Shown here: piece after piece, positions 42,258 through 58,899 of the stretch
How positions within the stretch are numbered: the first letter of the stretch is position 1
How the letters are laid out: each line of letters begins with the position of its first letter
DNA from: Eledone cirrhosa
Taxonomy: Eukaryota
Reading direction: 5' to 3'
DNA: 64,000 nucleotides
Assembly: GCA_964016885.1 (NCBI GenBank)
Contig: OZ024740.1
Location: forward strand, 409,386,001 to 409,450,000
Notes under the pieces: model-generated
Databases searched by the model: none
The model's input: only the letters and a program-made list of their open reading frames with translations
Told to the model about the DNA's origin: nothing
Program-made: the position numbers and the translations under genes

Positions 42258-42258
<1 letters not shown>
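41445..42258. repeat. About 200-bp direct repeat with about 615-bp period (1.3 units), unclassified
   Basis: 41445-41650 nearly identical to 42060-42258. Confidence 0.85.
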
Positions 42259-42296
<38 letters not shown>

Positions 42297-42687
42297 ATGT
42301 GTGTATGTGTGTGTATGTATATATATTAAAAGATTCACACAAACTTTCACGCACGCACATATGTTCACATATGCGGGTTTATTACACATGAAAGAAAAGA
42401 AAAATACACAATACATGTGCTGTTTTATTTATCTATTTGAAACTAAAATTCCCAGTGGTGCTACATTTTTGAGGTGACTATACATAGAAGCATGGCTAGT
42501 GTGGGATCAAGGAAAGCGACTTCCCCTGAGCACATTTTGCAAATCTGACGCCATTAGAACAATTCTTTGACTTTTTAGTTCACATGTGCGAGAAAAGTCG
42601 AATCCTATTATATTTTCTTTTATCGCATACCCTTGGAAAATCTTTCTGGAATCATTGTTTTAGTCGATCAGCTTCCCATTGCTTTAA

Positions 42688-42903
42688 CCCTTTAGCGTTT
42701 AAACCGGCCATATCCGGTTAAAATTCTCTCCCCCTTTTTCTGTTCAAAGTGGCCATAACCAGCCGCTCATACCGGCGTTAAGATATCATTTTCAAAATAA
42801 AGAATAATTTTGTCAAAATCTTGGTGGATTTGCGATTATGTGAGATAAAGCCTTTAACATGAAAATACAATAGTAAATATAGAGTAATGTAAATGCTAAA
42901 GGG
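42688..42903. mobile_element. piggyBac-type MITE
   Basis: TTAA-ccctttagcgttta ... taaatgctaaaggg-TTAA. Confidence 0.8.
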
Positions 42904-43869
42904 TTAAACAGTGTGCTCAATCGCCTATGGTATGAAGCAAAACCAGCCATATCCTTCCCTCTTGAGACGGACGATCACATCACAAGTCACAGTCCCAGTA
43001 ATTGTTAGTTTATAACTGAAATAGGAAATCAATGAATGTAGGATGCAATTATGTGTATTTGAATTAATCAAATATTTTGCGTAATGTAAGAGAAATAAGC
43101 GTCCATTAAGGCAACTCATTTGTTTTATTACGAGTGAGTTATATTATGTCTATTATTAAGGTTGCCTAGAAAAACAATCATAGATATTTTCTCTGATAAA
43201 GAATATCACAGAGAAACATACTGAGAAGAATGGACTCTCTGTATGAGAGAGAAAGATGAATAGAACTTGCAAATCGAGGAAAAGAATCACTAATAGGTCG
43301 GAGATTTGTCACTTGCTTTTCATTCGGCAAGCAGACGATATCTGCTGCACTAGAGATGGGACCTGCTGAAGACTACTAGCTACATTCAACCCATGAGATG
43401 GAGACAGTACCCAGGCCAATGCGGTTGTGTCTGAGGTGAAACTTTCTATAGATATGTTAATACTTATTTTCGGCCTAGTGACTAATGACACCTACACAGG
43501 ATGCTGCAACTGCACAGGTAGTACAAGTGGAGTCCCGAGAAGACGTAGGTGACCACGGTAAAACTATATGTGATCACCCAACAAATCTGTGCCTGTTTTG
43601 TGAAACACTGGTAACAGTTGATCTCATGGTGTTCTTCATGTGTTAGGTCCTCGTCATCCAAGTCTGAAAGATAATTTTTACAATTTTATAAAAGATGAAG
43701 TTGGTCATCATTTCAGTACAGCTTGACACAAGAAACAAGTTACAAGTATTTCTGAAATGGATAGGCACTGGTTGGTGTATTTACTAAGAACAAACACTAT
43801 ACTTTGTTTTGATTTTTGGCCTTTTACAAATCGGTTGGAAGGCTAGAATGGTCTCAAAATTGATTGGAA

Positions 43870-44090
43870 GTCTTTTGTTTACAATAGTTTATAACTTTGC
43901 CAATTAATCCGTATGGTGAGCAAATGGGGTTCCATGTGCTGGCCTCCCCACAGCCCCGGCGGACAGGATGGAGAAGGCGTTTCCCCGGAGGATGATAAGG
44001 GAGATGCTCTGGAAGAGCCATTCCAACTCGCGAGGCTCACACTTGTGGCTGGCTAGCTCAGTGCCTATGGTGGTGACAGCAGAGATCAAT
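43870..44090 (-). mobile_element. 3' fragment of a CRE-like (RLE) LINE
   Basis: EPRELEWLFQSISLIILRGNAFSIL resembles the QRxSxxxxRGNA C-terminus of CRE-clade proteins. Confidence 0.5.
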
Positions 44091-44238
44091 TTCCTTTATT
44101 CTTGCAATATGTAATAGTAAACGGTCATGTAGTAGGATTATACGATTCAACGAATTACCTGAAGCAAGAGCTGAAGATTTATTTCAACATTTTTCTTCCA
44201 ACAATCAAAAACTTTGGGCAGTCAGTAACTGTTCCACG

Positions 44239-44286
<48 letters not shown>

Positions 44287-44918
44287 GAGGCGCGTGGCTG
44301 AGTGGTTAGAGAATTGGATTCGCAATTGTAAGGTTGTGAGTTGCCAAGGACATAGCCCGGACCGGGCTGTGCGTTATGTCCTTGGGCAAGACACTTTAAT
44401 TGCTCCTGCGACCGATAGATAGTATTGGAAAGACCAAACTGTCCCTGGTTGCCCATGACTGGTTTAGATACTATCTTGAATTTAAATACATTTATAGTCC
44501 AGTGAGAGACAGAATATAGAGGTAAAAAAATATTTGTAAAAATGAAGGTAAACACATATAAAAAAATGCATACAGACATGCATATTGCAATATGCAATAC
44601 AATCATAGTCCAGGGGAAAACCAGTCAACATTGTTCCTGTTAAGTGCTTATAAAAAAGCAATTGACCGCCCGAAATAAACCAATTGACCTATTACTCTCA
44701 CCAATAGGCATAATAAATGAATATATAACTTTGATAACTTTGATAGGTTTGGGTCAGTATTGGCCCAGGCCATGTCTAACTTAATAGCACCACCTGGCAT
44801 ATACATACACACCTTTATATTAACATACGTTTGCTCATAGCTTCATACTTACATGTACACACACTCTTTTACTCATATATACACACACACATTTCTTCTT
44901 AGCTTCGTACGGACGTAT

Positions 44919-45019
<101 letters not shown>

Positions 45020-45242
45020 CATACGCAAGTGCACAAGTATAGTTCTTTTTACAAAACGTTTTTTTTCCATTTCAGGTAGACGCGTCCCATCATCCAGTTT
45101 TCTAAAAAAATAAATCATACACAAAACGCCAGCACCAACAGTTTTGCAAGAGATGTCAACATGAATGGACCTGTTATTTTTATCTAAAGACATTTTTTCC
45201 AATTCCAACCCGCCCGTCCCTTCAATCTATCTTATTTCTCAT

Positions 45243-45278
45243 TCTTCTGATGAAGGACTAGCGTCCGAAACGTTAAGA
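45243..45278 (+). ncRNA. Minimal type I HHR
   Basis: tctt-CTGATGA-aggac/tagc/gtcc-GAAA-cg-TT-aaga; palindromic AACGTT stem III. Confidence 0.8.
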
Positions 45279-45359
45279 CCCTCTTCCTGCTATATCAAGC
45301 GTTAACCTAATATATCCCTTCCATATACTGTATCGATTGTGTTGTTATTTCTGTTTATC

Positions 45360-45431
<72 letters not shown>

Positions 45432-46026
45432 ACATACATATAAGGGTGAAAGCAGCGATTCTTTGCTTAAACTTTAATCTATTTTAATAAATATTTGCTC
45501 TGCGGTTTTATATATTTTATATATATATTATCCTTATCGAGCCCTCTTCGGATTTTAGTCTTCACATTTATTATTATTACTATATATATATATATATATA
45601 TTTCCCACTCTACTACCCTAAGTATTGAGTACTCTGGTGCGTTATGGTCCATCTGGTTCCTTACCACAATTCCTTGTTTATATATATATATATAGGAGAT
45701 GATTAAATTGGGTATAATACCATTTTCTTAATAAATTCGAAGAAGGTTAGGAAAGGGCACAGAGCATACTTTTTAAAAATTATATACATATACAGTGGCG
45801 GTGGAACTGGGGGGGGGGGGGGAGCATGCCACCTCTCCAATAATTATATTTTCTCCCCAAAACAAAACACACATCTATTTGGATATGAGCTACAATTTAT
45901 GTACATATTATGTTTATCACATATCGAAGTTTTCTGACCATTTTAGAGGGCAAATAGCTAAACTAATCACTACATCTAAATTGTCCAAATTTGCCACCCG
46001 CCTATTCAGAAATGCTTCCACCACCC

Positions 46027-46098
<72 letters not shown>

Positions 46099-46103
<5 letters not shown>

Positions 46104-46214
46104 AGTAAGTAAGACCCCGACGGCTGAGCTCAAGCCGTTTCAACGGCTAATTCTGTACAGAATTAGCCGTCGAAACGGCTTGAGCTCAGCCGTCGGGGTC
46201 TTACTTACTCCTAT
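46099..46214. repeat. 116-bp spacerless palindrome (one mismatch)
   Basis: ataggagtaagtaagaccccgacggctgagc...ctgt|acag...gctcagccgtcggggtcttacttactcctat. Confidence 0.95.
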
Positions 46215-46290
46215 TACCCACTCTACTACCCTAAGTATTGAGTACTTTGGTGCGTTATGGTCCACCTGGTTCCTTACCACTTTTCCTTCG

Positions 46291-46485
<195 letters not shown>

Positions 46486-46589
46486 AGTAAGATGTATGGT
46501 AGGTCGTATGTGAATCGCGATGATCACGTCTGACCTACCAAATATGTGACGGTAGCTAGTTAAGCTCTATGCGTATACGCAGAGCAGAA

Positions 46590-46921
46590 ATATTAGTGAA
46601 AAAGAACAAAGGAACTATTATGACATTATAACAAGTTTATTGCCGACAGCCGTTTCGTCCGACCACATGGTGGGACTTATCAAGGCATATAACATGTGAT
46701 TGTAAGATCATTATTTATATCAACGTATCACTCAAGGCTAGCAGTTTGAAATTGTGGTATATTCAAACTGCTAGCCTTGAGTGATACGTAGATGTAAATA
46801 ATGATCTTACAATCACATGTTATATGCCTTGATAAGTCCCACCATGTGGTCGGACGAAACGGCTGTCGGCAATAAACTTGTTATAACGTCATAATAGTTC
46901 CTTTGTTCTTTTTCACTAATA
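46590..46921. mobile_element. Fold-back pair of pLTR-like segments, each with a U3:A8 HHR (46641-46687 minus, 46825-46871 plus)
   Basis: About 160-bp arms, about 10-nt spacer; tgcc-TTGATAA-gtcc..ggac-GAAA-cggctg-TC-ggca-ATAAA. Confidence 0.8.
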
Positions 46922-47003
<82 letters not shown>

Positions 47004-47006
<3 letters not shown>

Positions 47007-47192
47007 CGTTTCTGAATTTGTTTAGCAAGATTCTTTATCTGAAATCGTGTGTTGAAACCGATATTGTTATACTTTGGGAGGGTCATGTTGCCAATAAGAA
47101 ACACACGCACCAGTTGCTTTCGCTTCAAGCGAAAGCAACTAAAGCAACTGGTGCGTGTGTTTCTTATTGGCAACATGACCCTCCCAAAGTAT

Positions 47193-47200
<8 letters not shown>
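47004..47200. repeat. Fold-back of a repeat tail (relative at about 38700-38830)
   Basis: About 60-bp arms 47061-47120 / 47141-47200 around a nested hairpin gctttcgcttcaagcgaaagc. Confidence 0.8.
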
Positions 47201-47258
<58 letters not shown>

Positions 47259-47259
<1 letters not shown>

Positions 47260-49230
47260 AACAATTAAGTTAAAAAAGTACATCTACATATGCATACTGA
47301 AATACTAGTGTGTATATGAATACACACACGTATACATATCTAGGTGTAACAAGTCTTTCACTGGTTGCTTTACTGTGAGCAGCCCAGCTATTCTGTATGT
47401 AAACACACAGACAAACCGGTTTTTAGAGTCATACTGGTTTTCGGGGGAACACCTTCCCTCTATTCTCCAGAAGGCCAGACAAGGAATATTGAACTAGTTT
47501 CGTTGTTGTTACAACTCATCAGCAATATTTACCTATCTACCGGCCCTTCTGGAGAATTGTAAAAGCACATATCGTTATATGCTTTTTCTATGAAAATTAG
47601 TAGTGGGCAGACTAATTTGCATAGAGTGTGAGTACGCACCGGTTCAGCGGAGACGATAAAAACAAATAACGAAACGAAATTAAATTTCGTTTCGTTTGTA
47701 ACTCACTTTTGTATGACTGACGCTTAAACAATTAAGTTAAAAATGTACATCTACATATGCATACTGAAATACTAGTGTGTATATGAATACACACACGTAT
47801 ACATATCTAGGTGTAACAAGTCTTTCACTGGTTGCTTTACTGTGAGCAGCCCAGCTATTCTGTATGTAAACACACAGACAAACCGGTTTTTAGAGTCATA
47901 CTGGTTTTCGGGGGAACACCTTCCCTCTATTCTCCAGAAGGGCCGGTAGATAGGTAAATATTGCTGATGAGTTGTAACAACAACGAAACTAGTTCAATAT
48001 TCCTTGTCTGGCCTTCTGGAGAATAGAGGGAAGGTGTTCCCCCGAAAACCAGTATGACTCTAAAAACCGGTTTGTCTATGTGTTTACATACAGAATAGCT
48101 GGGCTGCTCACAGTAAAGCAACCAGTGAAAGACTTGTTACACCTAGATATGTATACGTGTGTGTATTCATATACACACTAGTATTTCAGTATGCATATGT
48201 AGATGTACATTTTTAACTTAATTGTTTAAGCGTCAGTCATACAAAAGTGAGTTACAAACGAAACGAAATTTAATTTCGTTTCGTTATTTGTTTTTATCGT
48301 CTCCGCTGAACCGGTGCGTACTCACACTCTATGCAAATTAGTCTGCCCACTACTAATTTTCATAGAAAAAGCATATAACGATATGTGCTTTTACAATTCT
48401 CCAGAAGGGCCGGTAGATAGGTAAATATTGCTGATGAGTTGTAACAACAACGAAACTAGTTCAATATTCCTTGTCTGGCCTTCTGGAGAATAGAGGGAAG
48501 GTGTTTCCCCGAAAACCAGTATGACTCTAAAAACCGGTTTGTCTGTGTGTTTACATACAGAATAGCTGGGCTGCTCACAGTAAAGCAACCAGTGAAAGAC
48601 TTGTTACACCTAGATATGTATACGTGTGTGTATTCATATACACACTAGTATTTCAGTATGCATATGTAGATGTACATTTTTAACTTAATTGTTTAAGCGT
48701 CAGTCATACAAAAGTGAGTTACAAACGAAACGAAATTTAATTTCGTTTCGTTATTTGTTTTTATCGTCTCCGCTGAACCGGTGCGTACTCACACTCTATG
48801 CAAATTAGTCTGCCCACTACTAATTTTCATAGAAAAAGCATATAACGATATGTGCTTTTACAATTCTCCAGAAGGGCCGGTAGATAGGTAAATATTGCTG
48901 ATGAGTTGTAACAACAACGAAACTAGTTCAATATTCCTTGTCTGGCCTTCTGGAGAATAGAGGGAAGGTGTTTCCCCGAAAACCAGTATGACTCTAAAAA
49001 CCGGTTTGTCTGTGTGTTTACATACAGAATAGCTGGGCTGCTCACAGTAAAGCAACCAGTGAAAGACTTGTTACACCTAGATATGTATACGTGTGTGTAT
49101 TCATATACACACTAGTATTTCAGTATGCATATGTAGATGTACATTTTTAACTTAATTGTTTAAGCGTCAGTCATACAAAAGTGAGTTACAAACGAAACGA
49201 AATTTAATTTCGTTTCGTTATTTGTTTTTA
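47259..49230. mobile_element. Non-LTR retrozyme-like array: 467-bp monomers, about 1.5 units in one orientation then about 2.8 inverted; four HHRs
   Basis: Exact 467 period (CTGATGA at 47964, 48431, 48898; minus-strand copy 47485-47529); aatattg-CTGATGA-gttg/taacaa/caac-GAAA-ctag-TT-caatatt; both flanks (TA)n. Confidence 0.9.
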
Positions 49231-49231
49231 T

Positions 49232-49439
<208 letters not shown>

Positions 49440-49452
49440 TTATATATATATA

Positions 49453-49526
<74 letters not shown>

Positions 49527-49591
49527 TATATATTTATATATATATATTTATATATATATATATATAAATATATATATTTATATATATATAT

Positions 49592-49713
<122 letters not shown>

Positions 49714-49778
49714 ATTTATATATTTATATATATATACATTTATATATATATATTTATATATATATATAGATAGAAATT

Positions 49779-52700
49779 ATAGAAATTACATTAATCAAAG
49801 TTCAGTTTAAATCATTTATTTGCTTACAATTGTTTCCTCCAAACCGAGGTTTGGATTGTTCGGAGCAACTATTTAGTGATTTATAACATACTTGACCTCC
49901 TTTTCAACACAAGAGACATATAAAAACATATGTATATATTGACCCACAGTGGGTTGACATCCATCATAATGATATAGCATGGCAATTTACATATAAGGGT
50001 TAAAGGACAAAATTAAAGTTAAAATTAAAATAAAAATAAAAATAAAACATTGGCAGTTTATGAAGATAAAGCAAGAGGAAAGTTTAGAGTAGTCAGTGTA
50101 TGAAACAATCTCACGTGTGGCATGCACGCGTGTCTTATTTATACAGGACTATAGTGCGGCAGATTGTTACATGTAAAAACAAGCAGTTAAAGCAGGCAAT
50201 CAATAGCATCATGGGGGCCGTATTGTTAAAGCATTTTTTCACATACACCTGTACGATACATAATCCCGTTTGTAGAGAAACACCAAAAATATCCAAAAAT
50301 ATAAAAAATATTATAAAAGAGAAGCAAAACAGCACCACTGTCCTCGCACCCACCACCACTCACACAATCCAGGAAACGCAATATATAGACTACATGTCTA
50401 TAACACAATCCACGATGATTCAGCATTGGGTGTCTGGAGAACCATGTTATAAATCATATCTTGTCGTTTCTTAATTTGATTCATAGATCAGGTTGTTTTT
50501 GTTGTGAGAGATGACATTGTATTATATTCCGGAAGTGTGTGTGTGACTAAGGGGAGTTAATGCGTAAGGGGAGTTAATGCGTAAGGGGAGGTAACTAGCT
50601 GATTTTCATAGTTAAATTTATTATCCTAAAGTACATTAATGGTGTTTCAAATGAGTCCCTATCATATAAGGTTATAAACAATTTCTAAATTTAAGTATCT
50701 TATCTATAAATTACAGTGTAGTCTATTAAGAATTACTAAAGGTGTTCATATCAGGATAATTACCTCCTATCATGGAGTGCCACAACTGAACAATCTACAA
50801 GAAGAGTCAGACCTCCAAATCAATGATCTTTGTAAGTGTAGTCCACTCGCAGACCCTGGCAGGGTCTTATTACTATATATGACTCACGGTAAGCTCTGGG
50901 TCATTGTGTGTCTGAATGCATGGCAAATTTAAATATAATCAGGGTGGTCCGGAGATCAATTCTCTCATACAAAGATACTAATCTGGCCATCAAGCAATAC
51001 ATAAACTCCTAACTCATATATCACCTGTACATAATTCATTGTACTCAGCGTATAGAATATATAGCCCTTACAATAAATTAATTACTTAATCTGCCATCTA
51101 TCCTATGGTGGCACTCCATGCACAGGACAATGTTAGCACAACCAATTCAGTGCCTACAGTTTACATTAATCATATATTAGTGCAATGTAGTCCAAGTAAT
51201 TCAAGGCTAATATATCAAAAGTAGAAGTACATGGGGATATCTCCAGGGTAAAAGGTACTATTAGGGTGTCACTATTTGCGTTAAAATGTATTAATGGGTG
51301 TGGAGATGAGGTGTAAGGTGTGCCACTGATGCTAGTTGCTAGAGGTGGTGACGGGTTCAAGTCTGACATTGTTATATATTGGGTTTAAAGTTTTGGAAAG
51401 AGTGTCGGAAGCAGTGTTGGCAAGATGCGAACACTTCTGATTTTTATTAAGGAGATTATGGTTAGAGAAGATGATAGTATGGGTCTCTAGTAGACAGAGG
51501 TTACAAAATTTATTAGGTGGTTTGTACGATGTCGCATTACCTATCACTTCCCATTTAAGTGTATACGGTTTATTTTTAGTTTTTAGATAGTGTATGTAGC
51601 TAGATAGTGAAGTGGAGTTGGCTAGACTGTGTTTTTTGAAAGAGTGGAGGTGCGAATTGTATCTAGTTTTGAAGCAGTTAGAAGTAGAGCCTATATAGGT
51701 TTCAGAAGAGTTGTTAGTTGTGACTGTGCATGAGTATATGATATCCTTGATTAAGCATTTTTTATCTAAAGGGCAGGTTCTATTTGATCTACAGTTACAA
51801 TTATTCTGGGTGTTTGTCTGCCGGTTATTATGTTGTGTAGAAGTCTGGATGTTAGCTATAGGGTTATGGTTATGTGGGTTGTCGTTCCCAGCGTTATTGT
51901 TTACACTAGTGCTATTACTATTATTTCTATTGATATTAGGGTTAGTTGCTATAATGTTATTTTGAAGGTTTATCGTCTGTTGTGATTTAGTTTGTTGGAA
52001 GTAAGAATTATTTTTTCTTTTATTGCTACTAGCTATGTGGTATGCTATGTTAGGCGTAGTAGAGTATGAGATTTTAATAGTGTTTTTGTTTAAAAGGCTA
52101 TGGTACTTGTGGCCGGATGGGAAGTTTTTATCTAGTAGTGAGAAGAAAGCCCTAGGTAGGTTGGTAGAGACGTTTAGATTGAAAGGAGGGTTGAAAAATG
52201 TATTATTTCTTCTTCTATTTTTGTTTTTTATTATCTGGTGATTTGTTTCCTTTTATGGTATTATGGTAATTTCTGTGGTGTGGGTTACTTTTGTTGGTAT
52301 CATCCCTATTAGTGTGTGTGTGGTTGCTATTCCTATTACTAAATTTTCTCATGGACATGTTGTGCAAAATAATGTTGTAGCTATGTGTTTTTGTAGGTAG
52401 GAACTCGATCTCTATATTATGGCCTGATCTAGCTAATGCCTGATTATAATATTGCGAGTTTTTGTTAAATATGTTTACGTCATAGGATAGATTAGAGATT
52501 CTATTAGATACTCCCTTAGAGATAGAGTTTAATATCTATCTAGGGTGGTTAGACTTGGTATCTACGTAAATGAGTTTTTCATTAGGTTTGTGGAAAGGTG
52601 CATATATCATTGAGTCTAGGTAGAGTGTGGCGTCTAGGAAGTTGACGTTTTTAGTGTTTTCCTCTTGCTTTATCTTCATAAACTGCCAATGTTTTATTTT

Positions 52701-53120
52701 TATTTTTATTTTAATTTTAACTTTAATTTTGTCCTTTAACCCTTATATGTAAATTGCCATGCTATATCATTATGATGGATGTCAACCCACTGTGGGTCAA
52801 TATATACATATGTTTTTATATGTCTCTTGTGTTGAAAAGGAGGTCAAGTATGTTATAAATCACTAAATAGTTGCTCCGAACAATCCAAACCTCGGTTTGG
52901 AGGAAACAATTGTAAGCAAATAAATGATTTAAACTGAACTTTGATTAATGTAATTTCTATATAACTGCTCTGTAAAACAAATGATGTTATTACATTGAGC
53001 TATTTATCTTACTGGTAATAAGATAGTAATAGATTACTGTCTTTCACTATTTAGGGTTTAAAATATATATAACTATAAAAGGTTTTATTGTATACATAAC
53101 CATAAATAGTATCCTTAATA
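49779..53120 (-). mobile_element. 5'-truncated Naiad-type PLE with 303-bp inverted pLTR copy
   Basis: Minus-strand VNFLDATL, HKPN, FNPPF, CNCRSNRTCPLDKKC, YIGST, CNLC; 49779-50081 is the reverse complement of 52658-52960. Confidence 0.85.
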
Positions 53121-53577
53121 CTATATTTATATATATATATATATATATATATACAGGGGTGGTGGAAGCATTTCTGAATAGGCGGGTGGCAAATTTGGAC
53201 AATTTAGTTGCAGTGATTAGTTTAGCTATTTGCCCTCTAAAATGGTCAGAAAACTTCGATATGTGATAAACATAATATGTACATAAATTGTAGCTCATAT
53301 CCAAATAGATGTGTGTTTTGTTTTGGGGAGAAAATATAATTATTGGAGAGGTGGCATGCTCCCCCCCCCCCCAGTTCCACCGCCACTGTATATGTATATA
53401 ATTTTTAAAAAGTATGCTCTGTGCCCTTTCCTAACCTTCTTCGAATTTATTATGAAAATGGTATTATACCCAATTTAATCATCTCCTATATATATATATA
53501 TAAACAAGGAATTGTGGTAAGGAACCAGATGGACCATAACACACCAGAGTACTCAATACTTAGGGTAGTAGAGTGGG

Positions 53578-53631
<54 letters not shown>

Positions 53632-53685
53632 ATAATAATAAATGTGAAGACTAAAATCCGAAGAGGGCTCGATAAGGATAATATA

Positions 53686-55700
<2,015 letters not shown>

Positions 55701-55734
55701 AATAACTTGTGTGTTACACCTCTATTCTTTTAAC

Positions 55735-57361
<1,627 letters not shown>

Positions 57362-57435
57362 AATATATATATATAAATATATATATATAAATATAAATAT
57401 ATATATATATATGTATAAATATATATATATATATC

Positions 57436-57865
57436 TAAGGCGGGTAAAATTCCTGAGATCCATGGACGAGTTCTCTCCAGCGGTCTCTGTCCCTCATTAT
57501 CGCTGCCATGTCCTGCATCTCCAACAGACCAGTGTCTGTCCTTAGGGCATCAACATACGTCAACCTTGGTCTTCCTCTTCTAGTGTGTCCATGTAGGGGC
57601 TCCCAAAGGAGTACTGAGTGCAATGTCAACTCTGGATGTCGGTGAATTTGCCGACGACATAGTTTTGGTGACAAATACAGTGAAGGAGGCAGAGGATTTG
57701 ATGCGGGAGGTTGAGACTGTGTCGATGAGTGTGGGGCTGAGAATGAATGAGACTAAAACAAAATATCTGGTAGAGAATGTTGAGAAGCCAGAGGGGATCA
57801 CTAATGTAGGCGGGAAGCCGCTGGAATTGGTTGAGGACTTCCTGTATTTGGGAGCAAAGATTGGG
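57436..57865. mobile_element. RTE LINE insertion with 5' inversion
   Basis: 57436-57610 is the minus-strand RTE 3' end (same family as 32201); 57610-57865 is a plus-strand RT piece FADDIVL..FLYLG. Confidence 0.8.
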
Positions 57866-57883
57866 AATATATATATATATATC

Positions 57884-57950
<67 letters not shown>

Positions 57951-58019
57951 AACTAGCTGTTGAAACGGCAAGAGCTCAACTGTTGAGTAATGATCTAACT
58001 ATTTTAAAACTGGTTTTAT

Positions 58020-58058
<39 letters not shown>

Positions 58059-58529
58059 TACACACAGACATATATAGGGAGAAGGAGAGTAAGAGATGTA
58101 AAAGGTGTCTGTTTTATCTTCAGGATTTCTCGTATACACCTTCACAGGTATTTATTTTTATAATGTTGTAAGACAGGTAAAACCTGTCATTCGCGCCATT
58201 GTGTTCGTCATAGTTGTTGAATATATATATTTACACAACGAACTGACAATAATCTCGGACAGGTGAATTAACCAGAAAATAAACGAACTGTAACTGTGAT
58301 GTATAGATTTGAATAGAAACGTATTTTGATAGAAATATTCAGGTTTGTAAAATTTTGAATTGATGCAGAATGCACACACATAATACACGCCCTCTTCCAC
58401 ACACACAAACAAACACAAAAACACACACACAATGAATAAATAAATATATACTTGGGTTGAAAGATCTCAAGAAATCTCTATGAAAATACCAACGAATATA
58501 AAGAACAATGGGCTCAATATTTAAAGAAA

Positions 58530-58720
58530 TAATTGTTTCTACTTTTGGCACAAGGCCAGCTATTACTCCAGTGTATTGCTGGTACTTTATTTTATCGACC
58601 CCCGTAAGAATGAAAGGCAAAGTTAACCTCGGCGGGATTTGAAATCAGACCATAAAAGGTCGTAACTCTTTGCTGCAAAGCATGGCGTCCGACCCTCTAC
58701 CTTTACTGCCAATCCACCGC
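58530..58720 (-). mobile_element. Nin-domain tRNA SINE
   Basis: Same family as 62788; duplicated flank tatttaaagaa. Confidence 0.85.
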
Positions 58721-58899
58721 CCTTATTTAAAGAAGTAATGCTATGGTAGCTTGATTCCGCGGTTCTTGGGTGAAGGACATGTCTGTCTATAACAGACTCA
58801 ATGATGGCCTATGAATCTAATACAACATAGCGAAACCTTGTCACAACGACTGCTAGATGTATTCTATTCTGGGTTTAGTGCAACTGTGTCATGATTCTT

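Noticed and set aside
47365-49055. Repeated 65-aa ORF MLYCEQPSY..
   Set aside because: Starts at TTG, runs antisense to the HHR, has no recognisable domain and is not conserved in related monomer families; repeated only because the DNA is repeated
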